The notes below the pieces were generated by a model, which saw only the letters and a list, made by a program, of their open reading frames with translations, made no database searches and had not been told where the DNA came from. The translations under genes and the position numbers were made by a program. A stretch of DNA of 64,000 nucleotides from an uncultured Gammaproteobacteria bacterium (GTDB lineage Bacteria > Patescibacteriota > Patescibacteriia > UBA11705 > JABHMO01), in the NCBI GenBank assembly GCA_964590105.1, contig CAZPYM010000004.1, positions 52,198-116,197 of the forward strand, written 5' to 3'. Below, piece after piece: positions 30,001-37,485 of this stretch (its first letter is position 1; each line of letters starts with the position of its first letter).

Positions 30001-31939
30001 CAAGCTCAGCCGGAATATAAGCTCCGCCCGGTCCGGTAAAATAAACCTTGCTGCTATCCGGGTCATAATTCAGAAACCCAGCACCAACAATAGAAACCAT
30101 ATTCCCCGGTCCGCCGGTTTTTGGCGCGACATCGGCAATCACCGGTTCAGTGGCGCAAAAACCAAGGCAAGCCGCGCCATCGCAGTCACTGTCAGTTTCG
30201 CAGGCGTTGGCTTCTTCATTGTCACAATTTTTCACACAAATTCCCGCGCATTCATCGTCACTACTACAGACCTCTCCGTCGCACTTGCCGCAATCCGGAT
30301 GATCCTTGCTACAAACAGGCAGACCATCCTGATCAAAACAATATTCCGGCAAAACTGAAACCTGAATTGTTTTCTCTCCCTTGTGGTCGTTAATATCCTC
30401 CACCTCGGCTTTCAGGCTGTGTTTGCCAATCTCCACGCCATCGGTGTCCCAGATGAAAAAACTGGAATATTCTAGCGGCGATTGACCGTCTGGAGGCGTG
30501 TCAATATCATAATAGGCGCCGTCAACAAACAAGCTGACATTACTCACTCCACCATCGTCAGTCGCATTAGTGTTTACTTCAACATCAGCATTCTGGCTGA
30601 CCGAGGTTGTGGGCGCTGTAAAATATACCTCCGGCGACTTGGTGTCAATTAATTCGCCACTGGTAAAGCTAGTGGAACACAAACTGCCGAGCGAACATGA
30701 GAGCCCCAGATCGCCGGCCAATGTTTTCACACCACCAGATTTCAGAGTTACTTTATAGGCGGTATTTTTATCAAAACAGAATAAATCCTGATTTGGTTCG
30801 GGACAAGCCACGCTCGGAGTAAAAGTAACTTTTTGTTTATTGACCGCGTCAACTTCCAGGTTGCCTTCGACGGCGATTTCTTCACTTTCCACAAAACCTT
30901 CATATTCAACATTCAAATTAATATAATCAAATTTAAGACAATTACCGCCCGTCCTGTACCAGGAAATATAAAACTCGCCATTGTCAGCATTTTCATAGCA
31001 AGTCGCCGGCACATCTACCTCGTTAATGCCCGGTGGCGGCAACCAATCAGTTTTTATCGCTGTTGAAACATCTCCGTTTATTTCATCGCCGCATTTAATA
31101 GTCATCTTCGCGTTGCTACCAGAATTAGCACTCTCAAAAATCAATTTAGCGGCCAAGGGTTCGGCGCTACCTATTTCCGTAATGTCAAAAAACACTTTCA
31201 TCGGCGTGGCACCCAGATACTCATTACTACAAACCACCCATGTATTATTCCATATGTTATCGTCCTTTATTATATCGCTCAAAATTGTTTCGCCGTTGCC
31301 ATTGTCTTCCTGGACTTCATAAGGTTCCAAGTTTTCATTCAACACGCCCTTTTCGCCCTGCTTAGTAATTGTAATATTATCAGCAGTAACCGAGTCAGGA
31401 TTAACTGCTTTGGAAAAAATCATCTTTACTTTAACATTTCTGATTGGTACATTGCCCTGCGGCGATACTGTCTTGACAATGAATGAAATCCCCGGCGGAC
31501 TCGGAATATAGCCCCCAGGAGTATACTCGCCAGTTCCGCCGCCGTCGGTTGCCTCAGACAATTTGGTTAGAACAAATGAAGTGATGGCATAAGCGGAAAA
31601 AATAATCACCAGTCCTATGAGACCATTGATCAACCACTTTTTGGCAGTAGTGACTTTTTCGGCATCGCCACCAGCTGTCATGTACAAAAATCCGGCGTAT
31701 AAAACTATTACCAGTCCTATCACACCGATAAATCCCAAAAATATTTTTATAATTTTCCCGATCGTTACTTTTAAATCCTGATTGCCAAGGCCGGATGCAG
31801 TCCCCACTTGATCAAGGCCGGCAACTGCTCCGTTGTCAGCAAAACTAATTCCGATAGAAAACAAAAATACGCCGGTAATGAGGAGAATCATCATCAGACT
31901 AAAAATTTTCCAATATTTTTTGCTCGGTCTGACCAGCAT
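21065..31939 (-). CDS. Giant 3624-aa surface protein: N-terminal VirB2/TrbC-like pilin domain, Ig-like/IPT repeats, Cys-rich CGNG repeats, LamG, pseudopilin-like segment, vWA
   Basis: IIKIFLGFIG..YAGFLYMTAGGD..AKKWLINGLIGL; IPT-like P..G.PG..VSIVG.GF; CGNGEIEPGEECDD repeats; WTIETW/NHIALKYD/DDFRIWN; FIDGSLSM...ILITD. Confidence 0.8.
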   Translation of the reverse strand: MLVRPSKKYWKIFSLMMILLITGVFLFSIGISFADNGAVAGLDQVGTASGLGNQDLKVTIGKIIKIFLGFIGVIGLVIVLYAGFLYMTAGGDAEKVTTAKKWLINGLIGLVIIFSAYAITSFVLTKLSEATDGGGTGEYTPGGYIPSPPGISFIVKTVSPQGNVPIRNVKVKMIFSKAVNPDSVTADNITITKQGEKGVLNENLEPYEVQEDNGNGETILSDIIKDDNIWNNTWVVCSNEYLGATPMKVFFDITEIGSAEPLAAKLIFESANSGSNAKMTIKCGDEINGDVSTAIKTDWLPPPGINEVDVPATCYENADNGEFYISWYRTGGNCLKFDYINLNVEYEGFVESEEIAVEGNLEVDAVNKQKVTFTPSVACPEPNQDLFCFDKNTAYKVTLKSGGVKTLAGDLGLSCSLGSLCSTSFTSGELIDTKSPEVYFTAPTTSVSQNADVEVNTNATDDGGVSNVSLFVDGAYYDIDTPPDGQSPLEYSSFFIWDTDGVEIGKHSLKAEVEDINDHKGEKTIQVSVLPEYCFDQDGLPVCSKDHPDCGKCDGEVCSSDDECAGICVKNCDNEEANACETDSDCDGAACLGFCATEPVIADVAPKTGGPGNMVSIVGAGFLNYDPDSSKVYFTGPGGAYIPAELGCQASSAWNNYQIIAKVPAQAITGPIKVVNYLNNEDTTDDDDGWVGDFIVDSNINYPGLCSVTLQGCQPTPEVHCDKGAVNNLVRVGGNNFGQKDDDDAAFLGGINFLQGAGFAWSPETILSLQIPLLEKGKKNTVIDKGPQCLDKTTKAVCEQTPENIADCLCKNLYSNPVRFEIVPSENLPKIDMVEPAPAPIGQLITISGQYFGNDTGHVEIHRLIGGDNYDWITAIGCGPESWSDSEVVIKIPETILNTFASPALSDESAYSDEYKIVLYTSQGLVTDPYDYEIVEGPPGPGLCLLDPNNGPEGIGVDFKGEYFGNEGEVYFSKTGGPKINCPDGVAPCDIDEDETCQCAKVPDPGIATSFGDWSAILIENAVVPEKALSGGVFVKSDQKQSNSVSFTVGSCSANSCAEGEECCSTGVCQTVGTCTVEVGYEPSEYMWMMSTGPLPTYPRVIERSCWPGQYTQSPSPFKNTTNACPNGLISATFNMIMKTDPEANSFQNNIIIKRCLNTQGGECNFDICNPNDCVSRTITNAHSNDFNLTNLNLSCYIDGQPGNETCDPEINKDNCFCIGDQVTAFSLDSSLLNEGNDLVPSIVQEGNHNLHENTWYQVTIKGGTGGVSAYSDFFEGYVNMLNDYTWKFKTKSENCVPDKLLMSPLVGLIKTIDGKQKYTVSGQYQCQEIGLSDKDWQWDMVKDIDKQKAEFAGYACFEPADGLICQAPKEFISSSGYFQLKSLSELGQGQTFETPPGKPMEIAAEAELTQDDPLKDTFDSLYKKGFLKVKFADPKIISYYPNCNFACINASIGANFNTFMDKDSFMPETVKLYSCYSSDCVVLTDFGLDQSKIDYQEVENPYYGTSIHELKISLHPNKMEPNTYYRMVVTNGVKSYSGVNLTGLNYSTGNAPGGDCGNRKDDDADGKADVSGGYSAVGAEDKNLDYLCGCYDQAAGIIVSFAEISKTPNCQDDENIQFACVNLKENNAVITDEAELETIQTENEYLAPDPQCAFVSSFEIGASGQYDAFSWIFKTKDDPEECKIDRVETAPVEYMSEQEKEKVEYWAAPYSAPDECSASGQLLDAFAYDWDWLSTKPVVASITNTLLGVETKPYCNDKCQAIGSTPFAAVCGNGEIEPGEECDDSNIENEDGCSEICLREPLANCADPKTQSNCCGNGEIEPGEECDQGCDYLDVNGQACVPVSGLQGCSCVAKGSACTAGCLNTGTAAGFVCGNGKKESGEDADFGGQNSEAGLNEKCLYKGSAYKLGEQLAAAVCGNGVLEVGEECEGESNCTNTCVWKGFPTCTSNCTKEIACSASEAGDPGCVGKKQVACNEGADCIGTVDIPCQEDEECETKTINCIVGVTNGCADGYKEETCFQDDPDCDGQKILDCNQCAGGQIEILCNKGTDADCCDKGTNPFCEKDGAKKISCAACQGEVGKQILSLSCAVSAQDCATGSKTEACLAGSPDCECSNCCGNGIPEDYNGDGKNDEECEATCKKLDGSEYVSCLFGEDDCACALPDYCSAKCLNLGSSYAYDNPSYCNNGTPEAGEDLICECSQAEINAGLCTIGLSNGQNGSPYQMATSVPSGLEVYLDSVYFNEDGTLKSGATQNNFFYDVATGYIIGDTEIQTSTKENPADEAQVGMGDFAFRTNDPDLINKYKDILPHIDDWSKKDDSIIDPIICEATAGLGFDDAASSPVNGSVDVCPNAMLYTSFNKKVYSDEAIIKLYLMSDGSCPTGLSQGAGSWYSKAKEFVRNLLVKVGFAATVECEVGMTMNESTNIVGNTNFSITPKQVLQVGKQYKLKFSNLKNNCDETYEPVNLELNFVAGDSICLLDNVIVEPQQVFVTKANQTNTFRATARSGEQKLTEMPGTYEWVWDWTASDMSIVDSVHTCKMDGSDCVDEPIQPLSNQKKDSDFVNVRNLAKNGSATIMANVVVTKDNISEASPLTGGALGTLGAQKYGTALLNVTLCDHLWEPAAYAPDKEGNNKWSKMQSEIKPGEYHTTYIYENNFNVGLFYCRDFGGPGFEDDLPKLEIGEVEFAGKAPKPRYGIYFDKSFDYVKVPDSGSGNLSFMNNENNPWTIETWLYSEEIPEDRYARIFYKNLSDSSTFEDGKTNNHVQMALRKWGLDCDDDCEWSYENGPNSNNCTCAEEKASIIYTIKTPTHGIVRATTDGVGLLSKGFNHIALKYDGAGGNTTLYVNGVDVTPADNENTVLHVWPRNQAEKDVTVDNDYQSLFIGGLGKTQVPLVSLAGYVDDFRIWNIAKDPQTEDLVNPLGEPNLVGYWKFDENINDVKGLASISKCTVDYIDSKCDPNENFYIINLTELAKEKGLIGGAENIWEELAQDTENQCNDGIDNDSDGLIDIGDHKCKSDTDPWEDPELFEQYFFVRDKSAGPTNDYSSDVISLRIYENPEALPPDIWYQRYAPNPAPTTAEVKIDCQQDRFGKYCYTGAKDGTTVYAAASNMAPVNADDVVNIYNNIYVLGYSQGSNAATQNIYSQLVNLLWFNTDIVTNNLSIVKPELIRDTQRISDMVLTRAYIELYKKTPPHNGAAPLLDAGTYVRGRSFSIWPSWQKELGKALGQTLPTDPLNHFAWEQATKENPGVECGGSGENTYSCPVGGSASDYQCVVPQEFCVNCPVGYDMQTCYNSANQKFSNFYDTNPNLHSVYSYLVDPLETGNTSAYDLQFSLEVPSLEEDASPMYSYKFVPGWGGGDSGWQPLPSQAEVGEVPQCKDGLDNDSDGLIDYPNDLGCATSDDNDEYDAESEAGCDKTLFVFFIDGSLSMDNNPGNDVTKYHRTILNTIVDAAHTVLDGDDYYLVQQSGAGFTGSAGWTSNSQVKLVDPVSNEPQFVKDQINTSSYVGAGNMAKWIDVEFQAANLIKGDYDRVTYILITDASDTGDEPLRNADIALAQEQNANIHLIYIRKDGSPPTVNQEAFFKKYADDTGGLFFLGDETTLSANLGDLVGAVATCKGPAIY

Positions 31940-32098
31940 GGACAGTCAAGTTATATTTTAAATCAAGATAAATTTACAAATTTCTACAAATGTTACTAAT
32001 GAACCGGCACGGAAAGCTTCAATAATTCGTAAATTCGTATTTTCGAACTCTTATGTAAATTTGTCTTTCGGTTTATTTTCAATTAATCTTTTAAAACT

Positions 32099-34183
32099 CT
32101 AATGCTCTGGCACACTACACTCAGTTTTGTCTTCTCCGACCAAATTGAACTCCCCCTTTTGTGGACAACAGGAAGTACCAGGGCCACCAATACTTGAACA
32201 TATGCTCTCAGCAACTCCCCCAGTATCTTTTGTCGGGCTATAACAATTCATTCGTGTATCTTTTACTTCTGATTTAATAACCGGCGCGTAAATCGGAATC
32301 ATGGGACTGGCTTCATCATATTCAGCAAAAGGTCCATGGCTAATGGATATTTGGGTAGCCAGAGGCTGAATCATCCCCCCGGCATCAAGATATTCTCCCA
32401 TGTTGGGATCATACCAGCGACTAAAATCTGACTCATCAGAATTCTTGCCGAGAAGCTCAACCTCGGTATCAACCGAATAAGCGTCCAAATCTTCATTAAA
32501 ATTCGCTGTAATCAATATTTGTAAATCCTCAATATTTTCAGTCTTATTATCCGGCAAAACATTTTCGAGAAATGGCGGAGTCAGGTCGAGCGTCTTGCCG
32601 GTTAAAAAATCCCAAAAATAATTATCTATTTGAGCTACTTTGTCGTCGGCGTCGGCATTGATATTGCCTGGGCCCTCGGCTTTGTCATTGGCATTGCCGT
32701 CAAGAGAATTGCCACCCATGTCCATGATGCCCGTGCCGGGTAGAGCCACGCCCTCGCCGACTAATTTCGCCGCTAGAATTTTGGTAACCAAAGTGGCGTC
32801 AGTAGGCAAGCAAAAGGCCGGCTCGCCGCAGGAATTTTTCGCGCCGCCGGCGCACTCGGTGCCTGAAATAAACTGAATGGTTTTATATTTATTGATGCCG
32901 ACTTTCCACTTGCCCGGCAAATGGTTGGTCGAACAATCGCCAATATTTCCGTTCAAAGAAATAATTTGCGCTTCATTATCTTCATCCCCTCCTTTGCACC
33001 CTTGCGTCTGGGTCAAGGGCGGAATTACCGGTTCATTAAAATAAACATAAACACCTTGATTTAAATAGACTTTGTGATCGCAATCCACTTTGGAACAGCC
33101 GATTTCTTTTGGCGAACATTTACAGCCAGCCGGATTACTGACCGGATAGCTGACATCAGCCGGCAAAACCGCGCTGATTTTCGGCGGAGTCAAGTCAAGC
33201 ATGGTGCTGGTGGTAAACCGCCACTTGTAATCAGGATTTTCCGATGTAAATACTGTTTGCGCCGGATTATTTTCTTTTTTAATGCCATTTTTCAAATAAA
33301 CAATATAAGCCATATCTTCTTCAGGACTACCCAGATGATCTTTTTTGCTATCGCCATAAGGATTGAAAATAATGGTCTGATGATCTTCAGTCAAAATTGC
33401 GTAACCAGGAACCAATTTTAAATCATCGTTTATATCCTTAACGTCTGACGCAAGGCAAGTAATCTCAGCCGGATTATCATAATTTTCCGCAATCATATCC
33501 GAGCATTTGAAAACGCGGAAAGCATCTGCTTTCAAAGCGCCGCAATTTGCCAGCTTCGAACCGTCCGGCATATCAGGGCAAAGTCCATTAACATCCATGT
33601 CAATAACCGAACTCGGCAGAACCGGTGTTTTGAAAGTAACAAGAATCATAGTATTGCGCGGCACGCCGGTTTGTTCCGGCGCCGGATAATGGCTTTGGAT
33701 CACATCGCCAAAAGCGCCATTGGACAATCCATATCCGCCGCCAAGAAAACCCGCTTTTTGATATACGGTTCCCGCCGGACTCATTTCCTGGCCGGAAAAC
33801 ATTTTCAATAAAAATGCTGTAATGGAATAAGCGGAAAATATTATCGCAAGACCAATGACAGCATTTATCAGCCACTTTTTGGCTTTAGTGACTTTTTCAG
33901 GATCACCGCCGGCCGTCATGTACAAAAATCCGGCATATAAAACAATACAAATAGCGATAATACCAATCACGCTTAAAAATATTTTTATGATATTGCCGAT
34001 TATTACCCGTAAATCCTGTTTTACCATTCCCGCTTCCTGCGCCACAATATCAAGATTGGCCGCGGCATCATTGCTCTGCGCATGCGCAATAACCGGAACA
34101 AACAAAAAAACTGCCAATATAAATACAAAACAACCGGCAGTTATTTTTGTGGCTAACTGAAATGAGTTTTTGCGAAAAATCAT
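32099..34183 (-). CDS. Surface protein with N-terminal VirB2/TrbC-like pilin domain and Ig-like domains
   Basis: Pilin segment closely similar to that of the 3624-aa protein; YP..EQTGVPRNT.ILVTF and W.FTT..DLTPP Ig-like motifs. Start uncertain (34183 or 34228). Confidence 0.75.
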   Translation of the reverse strand: MIFRKNSFQLATKITAGCFVFILAVFLFVPVIAHAQSNDAAANLDIVAQEAGMVKQDLRVIIGNIIKIFLSVIGIIAICIVLYAGFLYMTAGGDPEKVTKAKKWLINAVIGLAIIFSAYSITAFLLKMFSGQEMSPAGTVYQKAGFLGGGYGLSNGAFGDVIQSHYPAPEQTGVPRNTMILVTFKTPVLPSSVIDMDVNGLCPDMPDGSKLANCGALKADAFRVFKCSDMIAENYDNPAEITCLASDVKDINDDLKLVPGYAILTEDHQTIIFNPYGDSKKDHLGSPEEDMAYIVYLKNGIKKENNPAQTVFTSENPDYKWRFTTSTMLDLTPPKISAVLPADVSYPVSNPAGCKCSPKEIGCSKVDCDHKVYLNQGVYVYFNEPVIPPLTQTQGCKGGDEDNEAQIISLNGNIGDCSTNHLPGKWKVGINKYKTIQFISGTECAGGAKNSCGEPAFCLPTDATLVTKILAAKLVGEGVALPGTGIMDMGGNSLDGNANDKAEGPGNINADADDKVAQIDNYFWDFLTGKTLDLTPPFLENVLPDNKTENIEDLQILITANFNEDLDAYSVDTEVELLGKNSDESDFSRWYDPNMGEYLDAGGMIQPLATQISISHGPFAEYDEASPMIPIYAPVIKSEVKDTRMNCYSPTKDTGGVAESICSSIGGPGTSCCPQKGEFNLVGEDKTECSVPEH

Positions 34184-34253
34184 TGTCCCCTCTGCGTTTG
34201 ACAACCAGTCAGCTCTCTCAGGCGCCAAAACGCTATTATTCTTTTATTTTTGT

Positions 34254-34706
34254 TTAAGCTGACAAAACCTCTTTTACAATGGCGGAAACTGCCGCGCCAT
34301 CTGCCTGTCCTTTTAGTTCGGACATAACTGCGGACATTGCTTTGCCAAAGTTGGCTCTGTCTTCTTCAGTAAGTGCTGCTATTATCCTTTCAACTTTTGC
34401 TTTTAAATCTCCTGTGGATAATTCGGCAGGTAAATATTTTTGCAGAACTTTGATTTCTGAAAGTTCTTGGGTCTGTAAATCCGGCCTCGATCCCTGCGCG
34501 TACGCTTCTGCAGAATCTTTTCTTTTTTTGATTTCACTTCTAATTACGGCAATAATATCCGCTTCCTGCAATTCTTTTTTTAATTCAATGGACTTATTTT
34601 TGAGCGCAGCTCGAAGCATTCTGAGAACAGCAAGACCAGCCTCATTTTTTGTTTTCATGGCTTCGATAAAATCTTGGTCAATGCGTTTTGCCAATTCCAT
34701 ATTCAT
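34254..34706 (-). CDS. yqeY: GatB/YqeY domain protein
   Basis: AMK.K....L.VLRML, KKRKDS...Y....R.DL, YLP, G.ADG; follows rpsU. Confidence 0.88.
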   Translation of the reverse strand: MNMELAKRIDQDFIEAMKTKNEAGLAVLRMLRAALKNKSIELKKELQEADIIAVIRSEIKKRKDSAEAYAQGSRPDLQTQELSEIKVLQKYLPAELSTGDLKAKVERIIAALTEEDRANFGKAMSAVMSELKGQADGAAVSAIVKEVLSA

Positions 34707-34737
34707 TATACTATAGTTTTAAAAAATAAAAAACTTT

Positions 34738-34986
34738 TTACCTGCGCCTGCCTTTTTTCGGTTCTTCTTCAGGCAATCGCCCAGTTTTTTTCAGGTATTC
34801 TCTTTTGCTTTTGTACACCTTGCGAGCCAATGTTTCCGTTTGCCGTCGATTGCGACTAACCGGCTTTTTTTTGTAGCTCTTTTTTTTGAAATCCAAAATA
34901 GTACCGCTTTGCATCATCTTGCGATTAAATCGTCGGACAAAAGATTCAAAAGTTTCTCCTTTTTTTCTTTTTGCTTCTACTACCAT
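34738..34986 (-). CDS. rpsU: 30S ribosomal protein bS21
   Basis: GETFESFVRRFNRKM..SG; basic 82 aa; rpsU-yqeY synteny. Confidence 0.85.
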   Translation of the reverse strand: MVVEAKRKKGETFESFVRRFNRKMMQSGTILDFKKKSYKKKPVSRNRRQTETLARKVYKSKREYLKKTGRLPEEEPKKGRRR

Positions 34987-35076
34987 GTTGTAACCCCTTT
35001 CTTATTTTTTAAACTCGTGAAATGTGAGATTTGAAATTTAAATATCACTTCTCACTTCCGGCCCATACACTCCTTA

Positions 35077-35105
35077 ATATTAAACGAATTTAAGCTAAAA
35101 GTCAA
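35077..35105 (-). promoter_or_regulatory. Sigma70 promoter for rpsU
   Basis: TTGACT-17-TAATAT on the minus strand. Confidence 0.55.
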
Positions 35106-36427
35106 GCTTGTTTTTCTTTGAGTCTTTTTCGGAGTTCTTTTATAACTTTACTAATATTTACGACTTCCTGTATCCCGCTGTCAAGGTCGCGCAATAATAT
35201 TGTCCCCTCGACTACTTCTTTCTGACCGAGGATTACTACGAACTTTGCTCCCAGCTTGATGGCTGAATCCAATTGCGCTTTTAGACTACTTTTGGAAAAA
35301 TTAGCTTTGACGCTAAAGTCTTCTTTGCGCAGTTCCTCAAAAAAGGCAAATGCTCTCTGCCTAGCCTGCTCCCCAATCTGGGCGAGAAAAACATCAGGCG
35401 CCGGTGGCAATGGAATTTCAATTTTCCGCGTCTTTATCTGATTCACCACGCGCTCGAGCCCCATGCTAAAGCCGGCTGCAGGCATCTCGGGTCCGCCAAG
35501 CATTTCCGTCAAATAATCATAACGCCCGCCGCCGACCAAAGTAACTTTTTCCTGATCCTCGCCGCCCACCGGATCAATTTCAAAAACTGTTTTTGTGTAA
35601 TAATCATATGTCCGGACCAAATTTGAATCCAAGCGGTAGGAAATTTTTGATTCATCTAAATATTCCAACACTCGAAATAAATGATTTCTGCAATCGTCGC
35701 ACAGCCAATCCACAGTTTGCGGAGCCTCTTCCTTTAATCGCACACACTTACTATTGGTGCAGGTCAAAAATCGCGACGGATCCTTGGTTGCCCGTTTGCG
35801 GCAGTCGGGACAGAGAGCGCCGCGCTTTGCTTTCAAATAACCGCCTAGCGCTTTGTTGTATTCCAGACGACACACCAGACAGCCAACGCTATTCAATCGC
35901 ACCTCTGATTCTAATTTAAAATTTTTCAATAACGAACAAGCGATAATAATCAGCTCTGAGTCAATGGCCGCACTTTTGTCTCCGAGAATTTCAAAATTGA
36001 CTTGGGTAAATTCCCTCAGCTTATTTGTTTCAATTTTTCCTTGCCGAAAAACCGGCCCCCATGAATAAAATTTCAAAGGCATGGTTTGGCCGGACATATT
36101 GTGCTGGATAAAAGACCGGGCGACTGATGAAGTAAATTCTGGCCGCAAAATTAATTTTTGCCCGCGGTCGATAAAATAAAAAGCGTCTTTTTCCAATGTT
36201 CCGCTTTGTTTAAATAATGTGTGATTAAACAGCTCATACTTTTCAATAAGCGGCGTGGACATTCTTTTAAAACTATAATCATTAATCACCGCTCTGATTT
36301 TTTTCTCCATATACAGCCAGTATTTTTCATCAGCCGGCAAAACATCTCTCATACCGTCAACCGAAGCAGGCGTTTTTATTTTTTTAATTTCTTCTTGTGG
36401 TTGTTCTTCTTTTTTGCGTCGAGGCAT
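35102..36427 (-). CDS. hisS: Histidine--tRNA ligase (divergent motifs)
   Basis: GMRD.LP, LRPEFT, DYYT.TVFE, GGGRYD, GFSMGLER, C-terminal anticodon-binding domain. Confidence 0.85.
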   Translation of the reverse strand: MPRRKKEEQPQEEIKKIKTPASVDGMRDVLPADEKYWLYMEKKIRAVINDYSFKRMSTPLIEKYELFNHTLFKQSGTLEKDAFYFIDRGQKLILRPEFTSSVARSFIQHNMSGQTMPLKFYSWGPVFRQGKIETNKLREFTQVNFEILGDKSAAIDSELIIIACSLLKNFKLESEVRLNSVGCLVCRLEYNKALGGYLKAKRGALCPDCRKRATKDPSRFLTCTNSKCVRLKEEAPQTVDWLCDDCRNHLFRVLEYLDESKISYRLDSNLVRTYDYYTKTVFEIDPVGGEDQEKVTLVGGGRYDYLTEMLGGPEMPAAGFSMGLERVVNQIKTRKIEIPLPPAPDVFLAQIGEQARQRAFAFFEELRKEDFSVKANFSKSSLKAQLDSAIKLGAKFVVILGQKEVVEGTILLRDLDSGIQEVVNISKVIKELRKRLKEKQA

Positions 36428-36626
36428 AAGTTAAAAGTTAAAAGGTAAAAGTTAAAAGTAATGAAGGGTGGGAAAAGGGAAAAGATGAAAGTGAAAGAGA
36501 AAAACAAAAAGGGAAAAATTAAAAGGGAAAATCGAAATTCAGTTTAGTCAATTAACTTAATTAACCTAATTAACTGAGCTTACTCAAATTATGCGTCCCG
36601 TGCTACACGCTACGCGCTATGCGACT

Positions 36627-37244
36627 CTACGCGCCATAATCAACTGCTGAAAAATGCGTAAACCGCCAGAACGGCCAACCACGAAGCCAGACTCTGCCGA
36701 CAATAAGATCGCGAAAAACCGGTCCAAAACTTCGCGAGTCCAGACTGAATTCGCGATTATCGCCAAGAACATAATATTCATCAGGCCCGAGCGTCCATGA
36801 TTTGTTGCCAACTGTTTTAACTCCGTCCGGAATATATTTTTCATCCAGCATAAACTTGGTCATGCCGACTTTGTTTGGATAAATATAGATTTGATTATCA
36901 ACCATTTCCACTTTTTCGCCCGGTAAACCAATCACACGTTTAATAAAATATTGCGACGGATCTTTTGGATATTTAAAAACAACTATGTCCCCGCGATCTG
37001 CTTCTGAAAAACGATAACTGATTTCATCAATAATCAAATATTCATGATCATAAAAGCTCGGCTCCATTGACGCACCCTTGACATAAAAAGGTTGAATCAA
37101 AAAATATCTGACCGGAATTATGATCGCGAGCGACACGCAGACAACTTTCAAAAGATCCCAAAAAAACTGGATCGTCTTTTGAACCGGCGTTAAAGTTTTT
37201 TCATATATTTCCTTGTCGACAAAACCCATTTTTTTTTGCGGCAA
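36627..37244 (-). CDS. lepB: Signal peptidase I
   Basis: GASMEP, FIKRVIGLPG, GDNR..SLDSR.FG. Confidence 0.93.
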   Translation of the reverse strand: MPQKKMGFVDKEIYEKTLTPVQKTIQFFWDLLKVVCVSLAIIIPVRYFLIQPFYVKGASMEPSFYDHEYLIIDEISYRFSEADRGDIVVFKYPKDPSQYFIKRVIGLPGEKVEMVDNQIYIYPNKVGMTKFMLDEKYIPDGVKTVGNKSWTLGPDEYYVLGDNREFSLDSRSFGPVFRDLIVGRVWLRGWPFWRFTHFSAVDYGA

Positions 37245-37376
37245 AACTATCTGTACTTACCGCCAATTATAAAATTACTTATCCACTTTTCATGAACTAT
37301 TAACAATAACTTCTAAAACAGCATATCATAAAATTGAGAACTAGTAAACTGGCCCAACCCGAGCCATCCGCCCGCC

Positions 37377-37405
37377 TTGCCATAAGCTGTTTTTTCTTGT
37401 ACAAT
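37377..37405 (+). promoter_or_regulatory. Sigma70 promoter for the LCP gene
   Basis: TTGCCA-17-TACAAT. Confidence 0.55.
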
Positions 37406-37485
37406 CAACTTCAGAAAGTGCTTTGTTTTTATTTGTAAATTAATTTGACCAAAAAAACTCGTTTTCAATTGACAGCTAACTAGCT

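Noticed and set aside
21664-31322. Many short overlapping ORFs within the giant gene
   Set aside because: Antisense or alternative-frame shadows with no recognisable motifs.
37245-37485. Replication origin at the minus-to-plus gene switch
   Set aside because: Only one imperfect DnaA box (TTATCCACT) and no dnaA. By eye the plus strand stays C/A-rich on both sides; skew was not computed.
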